Source of the DNA: Elusimicrobiales bacterium
GTDB taxonomy: Bacteria > Elusimicrobiota > Elusimicrobia > Elusimicrobiales > UBA9959
Assembly: GCA_049972095.1 (NCBI GenBank)
Contig: JBMFKQ010000025.1
Location: forward strand, 1-23,955
DNA length: 23,955 nt
Reading direction: 5' to 3'
Both the position numbers and the translations under genes were made by a program. Shown piece after piece: positions 1 through 8,314 of this stretch (positions within the stretch are counted from its first letter, which is position 1; every line of letters begins with the position of its first letter). The notes below the pieces were generated by a model that worked only from the letters and a program-made list of their open reading frames with translations, was not told the DNA's origin and ran no database searches.

Positions 1-81
1 GTGCTGGTGGAGGCGATCAAAGAACAACAAAATGAAATAGAAGAATTAAAAAAAGTAATCAGTAAATTGAGAGAAAAGTGA
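1..81 (+). CDS. 3' end of a gene running off the window; probable peptidase S74 / tail-fibre intramolecular chaperone C-terminal coiled coil
   Basis: Frame 1 reads VLVEAIKEQQNEIEELKKVISKLREK-stop (TGA 79-81). LVEAIKEQQxxIEELK is the typical ending of S74 chaperone-domain proteins. Only 26 aa are visible. Confidence 0.6.
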   Translation: MLVEAIKEQQNEIEELKKVISKLREK

Positions 82-84
82 TCA

Positions 85-133
85 GTGGATGGTGGTTAGT
101 GGATAGTGGTTAGTGGTGAGTGGATGGTGGATA
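85..133 (+). repeat. Seven tandem degenerate heptamers (GTGGWNN)
   Basis: GTGGATG GTGGTTA GTGGATA GTGGTTA GTGGTGA GTGGATG GTGGATA, read directly. Confidence 0.95.
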
Positions 134-149
134 GACAAGGAGAAGAAAT

Positions 150-359
150 ATGAACTATAAATATAACCCGCAAAGAAGATTCATCCCAAAAAGGCTGATA
201 AGAAGCTTTAGGGATTTGGGCATTTACCAGACAACCGAAAAAATTTCAGTTGAAATTATGAAAAAAATAATTCCACTGCTACCGAATGAAAGTTCATTAA
301 AAAAAGACCTGATGGAGTGCTGTATGAAGATATTTTTCACTTCTTTTATATTATGGTAA
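150..359 (+). pseudogene. Truncated four-helix-bundle protein (23S rRNA IVP / Avd-like family), N-terminal half only
   Basis: SD-like AAGGAG upstream. IRSFRDLGIYQ matches the family N-terminal SFxDLxVYQ motif, followed by IIPLLPNE. Resemblance ends near codon 61 (about nt 332), before the usual IxxNIAEG-type helix; 69 aa versus about 120 aa expected. Confidence 0.6.
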
Positions 360-436
360 TGTACTTGCGATTTAGATTTTTGAGTCTTTTCGTTATATTA
401 TATGGTTGTTCAGCAGAGTTCTGTTTGTATAAGAAT

Positions 437-1504
437 TTATTTGTAGATTCTTTTGATGTTTTTATTTGCTGCTGTTCTTCTTATTGGAAGCTCTGCGATA
501 TCCCCTATATTTACATCAATGCCTGTTACATCAATAAGTGTATGTGATATTGCAGGTTTTGATACAAAATAGGCTTTTTTCCCTTTAACAACTGCCCACA
601 TAGTTGGTCCTTCTGTTATGGTATATGTGTTTTCAAGAGGGAAAAGCCCAAGCCCATCTGAGTAGCCAACCTCCAGAGTTGCTATTTTCATATCAGATGT
701 TGCAACAATTTCGCTTGCATAACCAAATGACTCCCCTTTTCTTACCTCTTTGATAGACACTATCCTTGCAAAAAACCTCCATGGTCTTTTTATCCCCATC
801 TTCAGTGGTGAGTTTTCTTTCTTGAGATAAACATCACTTGGATATATTCCATATATAAGATTTCCTATCCTTACCATATCAAGATATGAGTCTGGAAAGT
901 CAAGGAAAAGAAGACTGTTTGCTACATGGATTTTTATGTTGGGATTTTCTTTTTTTATCTCATATGTGATTTTGCTAAACATCTCTAACTTTTCTTTTGC
1001 TTCTACCATATTTCTGTATGGGGTGTAAGCTATATGGGTTGATATGGAGAAGATTTCTATGTTTTTAAGTTTTTTGATCCTTTTTATAAACTCATAAATG
1101 TTTTTTATATCAACACCCCATCTTTTAAGCCCTGTGTCTATATCTATATTTATTTTTATCTTTCTTTGGACATAGTTTGAGAGTTTTTTTGCAAACTCAA
1201 TTCTATCAACTGTTGGTATAAGGTTGTTTTTGGTTATCAAAGGTATTTCTTCCTCTATGGATGGGGCAAGTATCATTATGGGCATTTTTATTTTGTTCTC
1301 TCTTAATATTGCACCTTCATCGCAGTTTATAACACCAAGCATCTCAGCCTTCTCTCTTTGGGCTATCTGTGAGATCCTCACTGCACCATGGCCATATCCA
1401 TCTGCCTTTACAACAGCCATAAGCATGGTTTTGTCAAGCTTATTTTTGATTAACCTTATATTGTTGGCTATGGCGGATGTGTCTATTTCAATCCATTTGA
1501 GCAT
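437..1504 (-). CDS. alr: Alanine racemase family PLP enzyme (divergent active site)
   Basis: WIEID, AVVKADGYGHG (PLP lysine), DTGLKRWG, TH, ANS, MVRIG, GY catalytic Tyr, GYSDG. Start placed at MLKWIEID, just after the upstream stop; the ORF track start is 1522. Confidence 0.85.
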   Translation of the reverse strand: MLKWIEIDTSAIANNIRLIKNKLDKTMLMAVVKADGYGHGAVRISQIAQREKAEMLGVINCDEGAILRENKIKMPIMILAPSIEEEIPLITKNNLIPTVDRIEFAKKLSNYVQRKIKINIDIDTGLKRWGVDIKNIYEFIKRIKKLKNIEIFSISTHIAYTPYRNMVEAKEKLEMFSKITYEIKKENPNIKIHVANSLLFLDFPDSYLDMVRIGNLIYGIYPSDVYLKKENSPLKMGIKRPWRFFARIVSIKEVRKGESFGYASEIVATSDMKIATLEVGYSDGLGLFPLENTYTITEGPTMWAVVKGKKAYFVSKPAISHTLIDVTGIDVNIGDIAELPIRRTAANKNIKRIYK

Positions 1505-1505
1505 A

Positions 1506-1901
1506 TCAAAGATAGATCTCAAGGGCTTTTTTGAGTTTTTGAGGTATTTCTGTTAGGTTGAAGTTTGAGTTTATACAAACCATATCAGTTCTTGCTATAG
1601 TTGTTTTAATACCTTTTTGGTTGTATATCTCGTAGTAGAATCTTATTCTGTAGTCTGTTATCTCCTCAATTTTTGTTTTTATCTCAATAACCTCACCATA
1701 CCATACAGGAGTTTTATAATCTATCTCCTGTCTTTTTATAACAAAAAGATATCCCTCTTCAGCAAGCTGTTTAAGACTAAAACCTGCATCCTCAATCATC
1801 TTTGTCCTTGCTTCTTCAAAAAACCTTAAATAATTTGCGTAGTAAACAACCCCCTCTGCATCGGTATCGTAATAGTATATCTGTTTTTTTGTTGTGTGCA
1901 T
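1506..1901 (-). CDS. YbgC/FadM-family (4HBT hot-dog) acyl-CoA thioesterase
   Basis: YYDTDAEGVVYYANYLRFFEEART signature. Start placed at ATG 1901 (MHTTK) rather than the upstream non-ATG start. Confidence 0.9.
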   Translation of the reverse strand: MHTTKKQIYYYDTDAEGVVYYANYLRFFEEARTKMIEDAGFSLKQLAEEGYLFVIKRQEIDYKTPVWYGEVIEIKTKIEEITDYRIRFYYEIYNQKGIKTTIARTDMVCINSNFNLTEIPQKLKKALEIYL

Positions 1902-1908
1902 AAAATAT

Positions 1909-1914
1909 ATTTTA
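1909..1914 (-). promoter_or_regulatory. Putative -10 element of a leaderless thioesterase-alr transcript
   Basis: TAAAAT 7 nt upstream of ATG 1901, with no SD in between. Confidence 0.4.
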
Positions 1915-1990
1915 CGAAAAATTGTTTTTCTTTTTTTATACAATATTATTTATTAAAAGAAAGAGAGCTAAAATATTTTTTGAATCTTTA

Positions 1991-1996
1991 AGGAGG
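1991..1996 (+). promoter_or_regulatory. Shine-Dalgarno site of mtnP
   Basis: AGGAGG just upstream of ATG 2001. Confidence 0.7.
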
Positions 1997-2000
1997 CAGG

Positions 2001-2858
2001 ATGAATAGTCAAGTAGCAGAAATAGGAGTTATAGGAGGAAGCGGGCTTTATGCTATTGATGAGATAAAGAATAAAAGAGAGATTGAGCTTTATACCCCTT
2101 TTGGTAAGCCAAGTGATGCTCTTGTTTATGGCGAGATATCTGGTGTTTCTGTTCTTTTCCTACCAAGACACTCAAGAAAACATACCATACTTCCCTCTGA
2201 GATCCCTCACAGAGCAAATATGTGGGCTCTTAAATCGCTTGGTGTGAAAACAGTTATATCAGTAAGTGCTGTTGGGTCACTTAAAGAGGAGCTTAAACCT
2301 GGAGATTTTGTTTTTCCTGATCAGTTTGTTGATGAGACAAAGGGAAGGGTTTCAACATATTTCGGTCGTGGTGTGGTAGGGCATATTCCAATGGCTCATC
2401 CATTTTGTATGGATTATTCGAAGTTTATATATGAGAAGGCAAAGGCAATTGGTATAAACTCTCACCTTGGTGGGGTTTATGTGTGTATAGAGGGTCCGCA
2501 GTTTTCAACAAAGGCTGAAAGCGAATATCACAGAAGACAGGGCTATGATATCATAGGTATGACGGTTGCTACTGAATGCAAGATTGCTAAAGAGGCTGGG
2601 CTTCATTATTCCGCTATCTCTCTTGTTACAGATTATGACTGCTGGAAGGAGGGGGAGGAGGTTTCTCAGGACAAGGTAATTGAAATCCTTAAGAAAAATA
2701 TAGAGAATATAAGAAGGCTTTTGGTGGTAAGTTTAGCTGAGCTATCTAAAATAAAACCATTATGTAGCTGTCATAATGTTATAAAAAGCTCCATTCTTAC
2801 AAACAGACACTATATACCACAGAACATTGCAGATGAGATGAGACTCATAATAGGTTAG
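2001..2858 (+). CDS. mtnP: S-methyl-5'-thioadenosine phosphorylase
   Basis: IGVIGGSGLY, TPFGKPSD, FLPRH, HRANMWALKSLG, EGPQFSTKAES, GMT, TDYDCW motifs. Confidence 0.93.
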   Translation: MNSQVAEIGVIGGSGLYAIDEIKNKREIELYTPFGKPSDALVYGEISGVSVLFLPRHSRKHTILPSEIPHRANMWALKSLGVKTVISVSAVGSLKEELKPGDFVFPDQFVDETKGRVSTYFGRGVVGHIPMAHPFCMDYSKFIYEKAKAIGINSHLGGVYVCIEGPQFSTKAESEYHRRQGYDIIGMTVATECKIAKEAGLHYSAISLVTDYDCWKEGEEVSQDKVIEILKKNIENIRRLLVVSLAELSKIKPLCSCHNVIKSSILTNRHYIPQNIADEMRLIIG

Positions 2859-2859
2859 T

Positions 2860-3276
2860 ATGAAGAAGGAAATAGTCAAAAGGTTGATTGAGTTTGCGAA
2901 AAAAGCACAAAAGAACTCATATTCCCCTTACTCAAGATATCCCGTTGGTGCGAGTGTTTTTGCTGCAAGTGGCAAGATATATAGTGGTTGTAATGTTGAG
3001 AATCTCTCGTTTGGGCTTTCAATCTGTGCTGAAAGGGTTGCTATTTTCAAGGCTGTCAGCGCTGGTGAGAAAAGGATAAAGGCAGTATGTATAGTTGCAA
3101 ATGGAGCAACACCATGCGGTGCTTGCAGACAGGTTATCTTTGAGTTTGCAGATAAGGATTGTGAGGTTATATGTGTGGATTACCATCCTCTTGAAAGAAA
3201 AAAAGAAAGAACAACAATAGTAAAATTATCGAAACTTCTCTATAAGCCTTTTAACCCTAAGGGATCTGGGCTATGA
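2860..3276 (+). CDS. cdd: Cytidine deaminase (homotetrameric type)
   Basis: YSPYSRYPVGA, GCNVEN, CAERVA and PCGACRQ zinc motifs. Confidence 0.93.
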   Translation: MKKEIVKRLIEFAKKAQKNSYSPYSRYPVGASVFAASGKIYSGCNVENLSFGLSICAERVAIFKAVSAGEKRIKAVCIVANGATPCGACRQVIFEFADKDCEVICVDYHPLERKKERTTIVKLSKLLYKPFNPKGSGL

Positions 3277-3287
3277 AGGAGGTTGCT

Positions 3288-3659
3288 ATGGAACTTAAGA
3301 TAGTTGAGGATATAAAAGAGTGGTTTAATTTAACAGATCTTGATGAGATACAATTTAGAGATGGGGATTTTAGAATCTCGCTTGCAAAAAAAGGGGCAAA
3401 TCTTGAAGATGTTAAGATAAACTCAAATCTCACTCCTGTTTTTGCACAAGATGTTGGTGTTTTTTGCTTCTCAAAGAAGGGTAAAAGCATAAGCTTAAAA
3501 AAAGGAGATAGTGTTAAAAAAGGAAGTGTCCTTGGATATATAGATGTTGGAAAAAGGACTGTTGAGGTAAAAAGCCCGTGTGATGGAATTATAAGAATGA
3601 TATCCGTTGAAGACGGCATGGTGGTTGAATACTCTCAGCTTCTCTTTGTTATAGAGTAG
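3288..3659 (+). CDS. Biotin carboxyl carrier protein-like (AccB) with a non-canonical attachment motif
   Basis: AccB-like N-terminus (TDLDEIQF) and biotinyl/lipoyl fold pattern KKGDSVKKGSVLGYI..K...EVKSPCDGII..I.VEDGMVVEYSQLLFVIE; lies upstream of accC. AGGAGG at 3277-3282 supports ATG 3288. Confidence 0.75.
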   Translation: MELKIVEDIKEWFNLTDLDEIQFRDGDFRISLAKKGANLEDVKINSNLTPVFAQDVGVFCFSKKGKSISLKKGDSVKKGSVLGYIDVGKRTVEVKSPCDGIIRMISVEDGMVVEYSQLLFVIE

Positions 3660-3661
3660 AT

Positions 3662-5272
3662 ATGTCTGATCTAAAGCCAAGCAAAATCCGGTGTAGATCT
3701 TGTGGATATGAGCCTAATATAATAACTGATGTGTGCATAAAATGCGGTGGAGTTGTTGTAAAAATCTGTGGGAATTGTGGATTTGAAAATTCAGTTGAGA
3801 AGAACAGATGTGATAGCTGTGGGTATCTTCTTGCACTTAGTCCACAAAAAAAGATAGATATAGAGAAGAAAAAGGAGTCTATTGATGATGAGAAAATGGA
3901 TTTGGAGTTCAAAGAGGAAAAGCCTTCTTTATCAAAATCTACTCTTGAGTTTGAATCGATAACTGAGACTATAGCGAGAAAGGATGAAAGCTATAGGGAA
4001 AGGATTAAAAAGGCATCTGAAAGGTATGAAAAGGATATAGTCTTTGATGCGGAGAAAGAAAGAAAAAAGATAGAGAATTTTATAGATGAGCAAAAACAAA
4101 AGGAGCAAAAAGGTGAAGGTGTTAGTGAAAAAAAGCAGATAAAGAGTTTTAAAAAATTCTTTATTGTTGTGGCTTTTGTGATAGCTTTGGTGCCACTTTA
4201 TTTGTTATTTTTTAGGAAGAGTTATTCAAGATATGATCTTGTCAATACAGCAAAAAAATACCTCTCTGCACTTAGAGATGCTGAGTATGATAAGGCTTAT
4301 GAGTATTTGTCTCAAAACTCAAAATCCATAGTAAGTTTTTCAGATTATGTTAAAACCCTTGAGGATTTTTACTCAAAGATAGGGAAATGGGATTTTAAGG
4401 ATGTTGAGATTTACTATTTTACACCTCACCAGAGTGTTGTAAAATACAAGCTTATTGAGAAAGGGATTGAAAAGGATGATTATTTAAATTTTGTCAATGA
4501 GTATGGTAAATGGAAAAGACCTTTTGTTTATAATCTTTTTGAGGAGATAGATGATGCACTTTCAAAGAATGATTTTCCAAAAGCCCTTTTTCTATCACAA
4601 AGACTCTATCTAATAGATCCTCTTGACCCTCGTGCAAACGGGTATCTGTGTTGGAGTGAATATCTTATGCGTCTTTATGATAAGTCTATGGAGAGCTGTA
4701 AAAAGGTTATTGAGATATCAAATATATATCCAATAAAATACTACTCAGATAATGAGCTTTTCTGGTACACATTCAATTATGCAGATAGCCTTAGATTTTC
4801 AGGGAAAATAGAGCAATCTGTTGAAGTATATGATATGCTTATAAGAGATCCTCAGGCAGAATCTTCTGACAAATGCACTGTTTATCTTGCCAGATCTGAT
4901 TCTTATGTGGCTTTAAAAAACTATGAGAAGGCTTATGATGATATAAAGAAGTCAGTTGAGATATGTAGTGATGGCTCTATTGAAAAGAACCAGGCTACAA
5001 GGCGCCTTAAAATCCTTGATGGGGGTATGTGTGAAGAGGCTGTTATGTTTGCAAAAAAATTTAGATATCAAGGCTCAACAGTTGAAGATTTTATAAAAAA
5101 AATGGCTGAGGATATGGGTGTTAAGAAGTATAAACTAGACTATAGCTGCCAGCATTCTAACGGATCGCTCTACAAAATAACTGCAAGGGTTGTGAGTGGC
5201 AAGAAAACCTTTAAGGTTTACAATATAACAGTTGATCTATGGGAAAGGAATGCTTCTGTGGAGGAAATATGA
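3662..5272 (+). CDS. Membrane-anchored protein: N-terminal double zinc ribbon, charged linker, one TM helix, NTF2-like segment, TPR-like repeats
   Basis: Four CxxC pairs (CRSC, CIKC, CGNC, CDSC); hydrophobic FFIVVAFVIALVPLYLLFF; AKKYLSAL..EYDKAYEYLS pattern; TPR-like helices such as YLARSDSYVALKNYEKAYDDIKKSVEI. Confidence 0.7.
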   Translation: MSDLKPSKIRCRSCGYEPNIITDVCIKCGGVVVKICGNCGFENSVEKNRCDSCGYLLALSPQKKIDIEKKKESIDDEKMDLEFKEEKPSLSKSTLEFESITETIARKDESYRERIKKASERYEKDIVFDAEKERKKIENFIDEQKQKEQKGEGVSEKKQIKSFKKFFIVVAFVIALVPLYLLFFRKSYSRYDLVNTAKKYLSALRDAEYDKAYEYLSQNSKSIVSFSDYVKTLEDFYSKIGKWDFKDVEIYYFTPHQSVVKYKLIEKGIEKDDYLNFVNEYGKWKRPFVYNLFEEIDDALSKNDFPKALFLSQRLYLIDPLDPRANGYLCWSEYLMRLYDKSMESCKKVIEISNIYPIKYYSDNELFWYTFNYADSLRFSGKIEQSVEVYDMLIRDPQAESSDKCTVYLARSDSYVALKNYEKAYDDIKKSVEICSDGSIEKNQATRRLKILDGGMCEEAVMFAKKFRYQGSTVEDFIKKMAEDMGVKKYKLDYSCQHSNGSLYKITARVVSGKKTFKVYNITVDLWERNASVEEI

Positions 5273-6633
5273 AGGTTAGAGAGTTTAAAAAGGTTCTTGT
5301 TGCCAACAGAGGCGAGATAGCTGTTAGGGTTATAAGAACACTCAAAGAAATGGGCATAAAATCAGTTGCAGTATATTCAAAGGCTGATAAATCATCTATG
5401 CATCTTGAGATGGCAGATGAAAGCGTATGTATAGGTGAAGGGGCGGCAAAGGATAGCTATCTTAATATGGAGAGAATTATATCAGCCGCGCTTGCAGTTA
5501 AAGCAGATGCAATTCACCCAGGCTATGGTTTTTTATCAGAGAATGCTGATTTTTCAAAGCTATGCTCAAAATCAGGCATAGTCTTTATAGGGCCAAACCC
5601 AGATTCAATAAGGATTTTGGGTCATAAATCAACCGCAAGAGAGCTTGCCCGAAGATCTGGGGTGCCTATAACCCCTGGAAGTAGAGGCTGTGTTAAAAGG
5701 GATTGTCTTAAGATAGCAAAAAAGATTGGTTTTCCGATAATGATAAAAGCTGCAAGTGGTGGTGGTGGAAAGGGTATGAGGATTGTGTGGCGGGAAGAGG
5801 ATCTTATGAGGGAATATGAGCTTGCAAGAAGTGAGGCAAAAGCAGCGTTTGGTGATGATAGCGTTTTTTTTGAAAAATATATAGAAAAGCCAAGGCATAT
5901 TGAGATCCAGTTTGCACGGGATTATTATGGTAATGTTCTTACATTCCCTGAAAGAGATTGCACACTTCAAAGAAAACACCAAAAGCTTGTAGAGGAATCA
6001 CCATCCCCTGCAGTAACAGCTGAGATAAGAAATAAACTTGAGAAGGTTGTTAAAAATCTTGCTGAAAGTGCGAACTATCATGGTCTTGGCACTGTTGAGT
6101 TTTTACTTGATGAAAAGAAGAACTTCTATTTTATGGAGGTGAATACGAGGCTTCAGGTAGAACATCCTGTTACTGAGCTTATAACGGGAAGTGATCTTGT
6201 TAGACAACAGATACTTATAGCTCAGGGTTATGAGATGGATATAAAGCAGGATGAGGTGGATAATTTTAGAGGGCATGCAATAGAGTATAGGATAAATGCT
6301 GAGGATTGGCAGAAAGGCTTTATTCCATCTGTAGGTATTATAGAGGAGCTACGACTTCCGCTTGGGAATGGTGTTAGAATAGATACCCATATATATCCAG
6401 GATATAGAATACCACCTTTCTATGACAGTATGCTTGCAAAGCTTATAGTCTGGGGGATTGATAGAAATCAAGCAATATCAAGATCAAAAAGAGCACTTGA
6501 GGAGTTTAGGATAGCAGGTGTTAAAACGACAATTGATCTTCATCAGCATATAGTTAATGATGAGAACTTTATAACATCAAGGATTTATACGAAATACCTT
6601 GAGGAGTTTATCACTCGAATTCTTTCAAAATGA
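5269..6633 (+). CDS. accC: Acetyl-CoA carboxylase biotin carboxylase subunit
   Basis: KVLVANRGEIAVR, HPGYGFLSENA, KAASGGGGKGMR, EVNTRLQVEHPVTE, RINAED, YDSMLAKLI. GGAGG SD precedes ATG 5269, which overlaps the upstream stop (ATGA). Confidence 0.95.
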   Translation: MKVREFKKVLVANRGEIAVRVIRTLKEMGIKSVAVYSKADKSSMHLEMADESVCIGEGAAKDSYLNMERIISAALAVKADAIHPGYGFLSENADFSKLCSKSGIVFIGPNPDSIRILGHKSTARELARRSGVPITPGSRGCVKRDCLKIAKKIGFPIMIKAASGGGGKGMRIVWREEDLMREYELARSEAKAAFGDDSVFFEKYIEKPRHIEIQFARDYYGNVLTFPERDCTLQRKHQKLVEESPSPAVTAEIRNKLEKVVKNLAESANYHGLGTVEFLLDEKKNFYFMEVNTRLQVEHPVTELITGSDLVRQQILIAQGYEMDIKQDEVDNFRGHAIEYRINAEDWQKGFIPSVGIIEELRLPLGNGVRIDTHIYPGYRIPPFYDSMLAKLIVWGIDRNQAISRSKRALEEFRIAGVKTTIDLHQHIVNDENFITSRIYTKYLEEFITRILSK

Positions 6634-7094
6634 CTAAGAGGATATCATTGAGAAGTTTGCTTTTTAAGATTAACACCCTTAGAAAGAGTGGTAAAAAGAT
6701 AGTTTTTACAAATGGGTGTTTTGATATAATCCATGCAGGGCATATAAAGCTTTTTGAAAGATGTAAAAAACTTGGTGATATAGTGGTTGTTGGGCTTAAC
6801 AGTGATAAATCAATTAAAAGACTTAAAGGGCCAACAAGGCCTATTAATAGCCTTTCAGACAGAATAAAAGTCCTTTCAGCAATAGAGTATGTTGATTTTA
6901 TAGTGGTTTTTGACAAGGATACCCCTTACCACATAATAAAGGCAATAAAGCCTGACTTTCTCGTTAAGGGAGGGGATTACAGAGTTAATGAGATAGTTGG
7001 AAGAGAGTTTGCAAAAATGGTTGTAAGAGTCAAACATCTTAATGGCAGATCAACAACAGGTATAATAAGAAAGATTGAAAAAAGGTTAAAATAA
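6630..7094 (+). CDS. rfaE2: D-glycero-beta-D-manno-heptose 1-phosphate adenylyltransferase (RfaE domain II, stand-alone)
   Basis: VFTNGCFDIIHAGH, GLNSDKSIKRLKGPTRPIN, VKGGDY, STT motifs; ATGA overlap with accC. Confidence 0.9.
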   Translation: MTKRISLRSLLFKINTLRKSGKKIVFTNGCFDIIHAGHIKLFERCKKLGDIVVVGLNSDKSIKRLKGPTRPINSLSDRIKVLSAIEYVDFIVVFDKDTPYHIIKAIKPDFLVKGGDYRVNEIVGREFAKMVVRVKHLNGRSTTGIIRKIEKRLK

Positions 7095-7098
7095 ATAA

Positions 7099-7104
7099 TA
7101 CAAT
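7099..7104 (+). promoter_or_regulatory. Putative -10 element of a leaderless spt transcript
   Basis: TACAAT 7 nt upstream of ATG 7112, with no SD. Confidence 0.4.
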
Positions 7105-7111
7105 TTATTAT

Positions 7112-8308
7112 ATGGCAGATATATTTGACAAGGTGAAAGAGTTTACTATTGTTAAAGAGCTTAAAGCAAAGGGAATATATCCTTATTTTAAAGCCCTTGA
7201 GAGTGAGCAAGCACCAGAGGTTTATATAAAGGGTAAAAGATTCATAATGTTTGGTTCAAATAACTATCTTGGACTTGCTAATGATCCAAGGATGAAGCAG
7301 GCTGCAAAAGAGGCTATAGAAAGATTTGGAACAGGTGTGGCAGGTTCAAGGTTTCTTAACGGGAATACCGTTCTTCACGAGGAGCTTGAGAAAAAACTTG
7401 CCAGATTTAAAAAAAGGCAAAGAGCTCTTATATACGCGACAGGTTATCAGATGAATGTCGGTGTTGTTTCAGCTCTTGCAGGTCCTGATGATATTGTTAT
7501 TGTTGATAAGCTTGACCATGCCAGTATAATAGATGGTTGTAGAATGAGTGGAGCTGAGATAAAGAGATTTAGGCACAACGATGTAAATGACCTTGAAAAG
7601 ATTCTTAAAAACACCCCAAAATCTAAAGCTAAACTCGTTATAGTTGATGGTGTTTTTTCTATGGAGGGGGATATTGCACCTTTACCTCAGATTGTTGAGG
7701 TGTGTAAAAGATATGGCGCAAGGATTGTTGTTGATGATGCTCATGCAACGGGTGTTCTTGGAAAAAATGGAAGGGGAACATGTGAATACTTTGGACTTGA
7801 AAATGGAGAGGTTGATCTTGTTGTTGGCACATGTTCAAAGACTTTTGCCTCGGTTGGTGGCTTTGTTGTTGGAGATAAGGAGATTATTGATTTTATACAA
7901 CATACCTCCAGATCGATGATATTCTCGGCAGCCCTTCCACCTGCATGTGTTGCCTCAATTTCAAAAGCAATTGACATCATAAAGGCTGAGCCTGAAAGGA
8001 GGAAGAAACTCTGGGATAACTCAAGATATCTTCTTGAGAGATTTAAGAAGATGGGATGCAGAATAGGTCCAACCCAAACCCCAATAATACCTGTTATGAT
8101 AGGGGATAATGAAAAAACATTTACACTGTGGAGAATGCTTTTTGAGAATGGCATATTTTCAAATCCTGTTATAAGCCCTGCAGTTCCACCAAAACACACC
8201 CTAATAAGGGTTGTTGTTACAGCTACGCACACAAAAGAGCATCTCGATAGAGCCCTTGATATATTTGAGCACTGTTACAAAAAGGTGATAAAGGGTGTGG
8301 GGGATTGA
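7112..8308 (+). CDS. spt: PLP-dependent alpha-oxoamine synthase, most like bacterial serine palmitoyltransferase
   Basis: GSNNYLGL, GSRFLNG, DKLDHASIIDG, DGVFSMEGD, DDAH, GTCSKT (PLP Lys). The N-terminal GIYPYFKALESEQ..EV...GK...MFGSN segment resembles Bacteroides-type Spt more than BioF/Kbl. Family is certain; substrate is inferred. Confidence 0.7.
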   Translation: MADIFDKVKEFTIVKELKAKGIYPYFKALESEQAPEVYIKGKRFIMFGSNNYLGLANDPRMKQAAKEAIERFGTGVAGSRFLNGNTVLHEELEKKLARFKKRQRALIYATGYQMNVGVVSALAGPDDIVIVDKLDHASIIDGCRMSGAEIKRFRHNDVNDLEKILKNTPKSKAKLVIVDGVFSMEGDIAPLPQIVEVCKRYGARIVVDDAHATGVLGKNGRGTCEYFGLENGEVDLVVGTCSKTFASVGGFVVGDKEIIDFIQHTSRSMIFSAALPPACVASISKAIDIIKAEPERRKKLWDNSRYLLERFKKMGCRIGPTQTPIIPVMIGDNEKTFTLWRMLFENGIFSNPVISPAVPPKHTLIRVVVTATHTKEHLDRALDIFEHCYKKVIKGVGD

Positions 8309-8314
8309 TTTTAA

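Noticed and set aside
85..133. Repeat as a CRISPR array
   Set aside because: Units are 7 bp with no spacers, and there are no cas genes.
1..359. A complete diversity-generating retroelement
   Set aside because: Only a truncated Avd-like family member is present; no reverse transcriptase or template/variable repeat pair is in the window.
7112..8308. BioF call, suggested by nearby accB/accC
   Set aside because: No other bio genes are adjacent, while the N-terminal sequence and GNAT neighbour fit Spt better. Not fully excluded.
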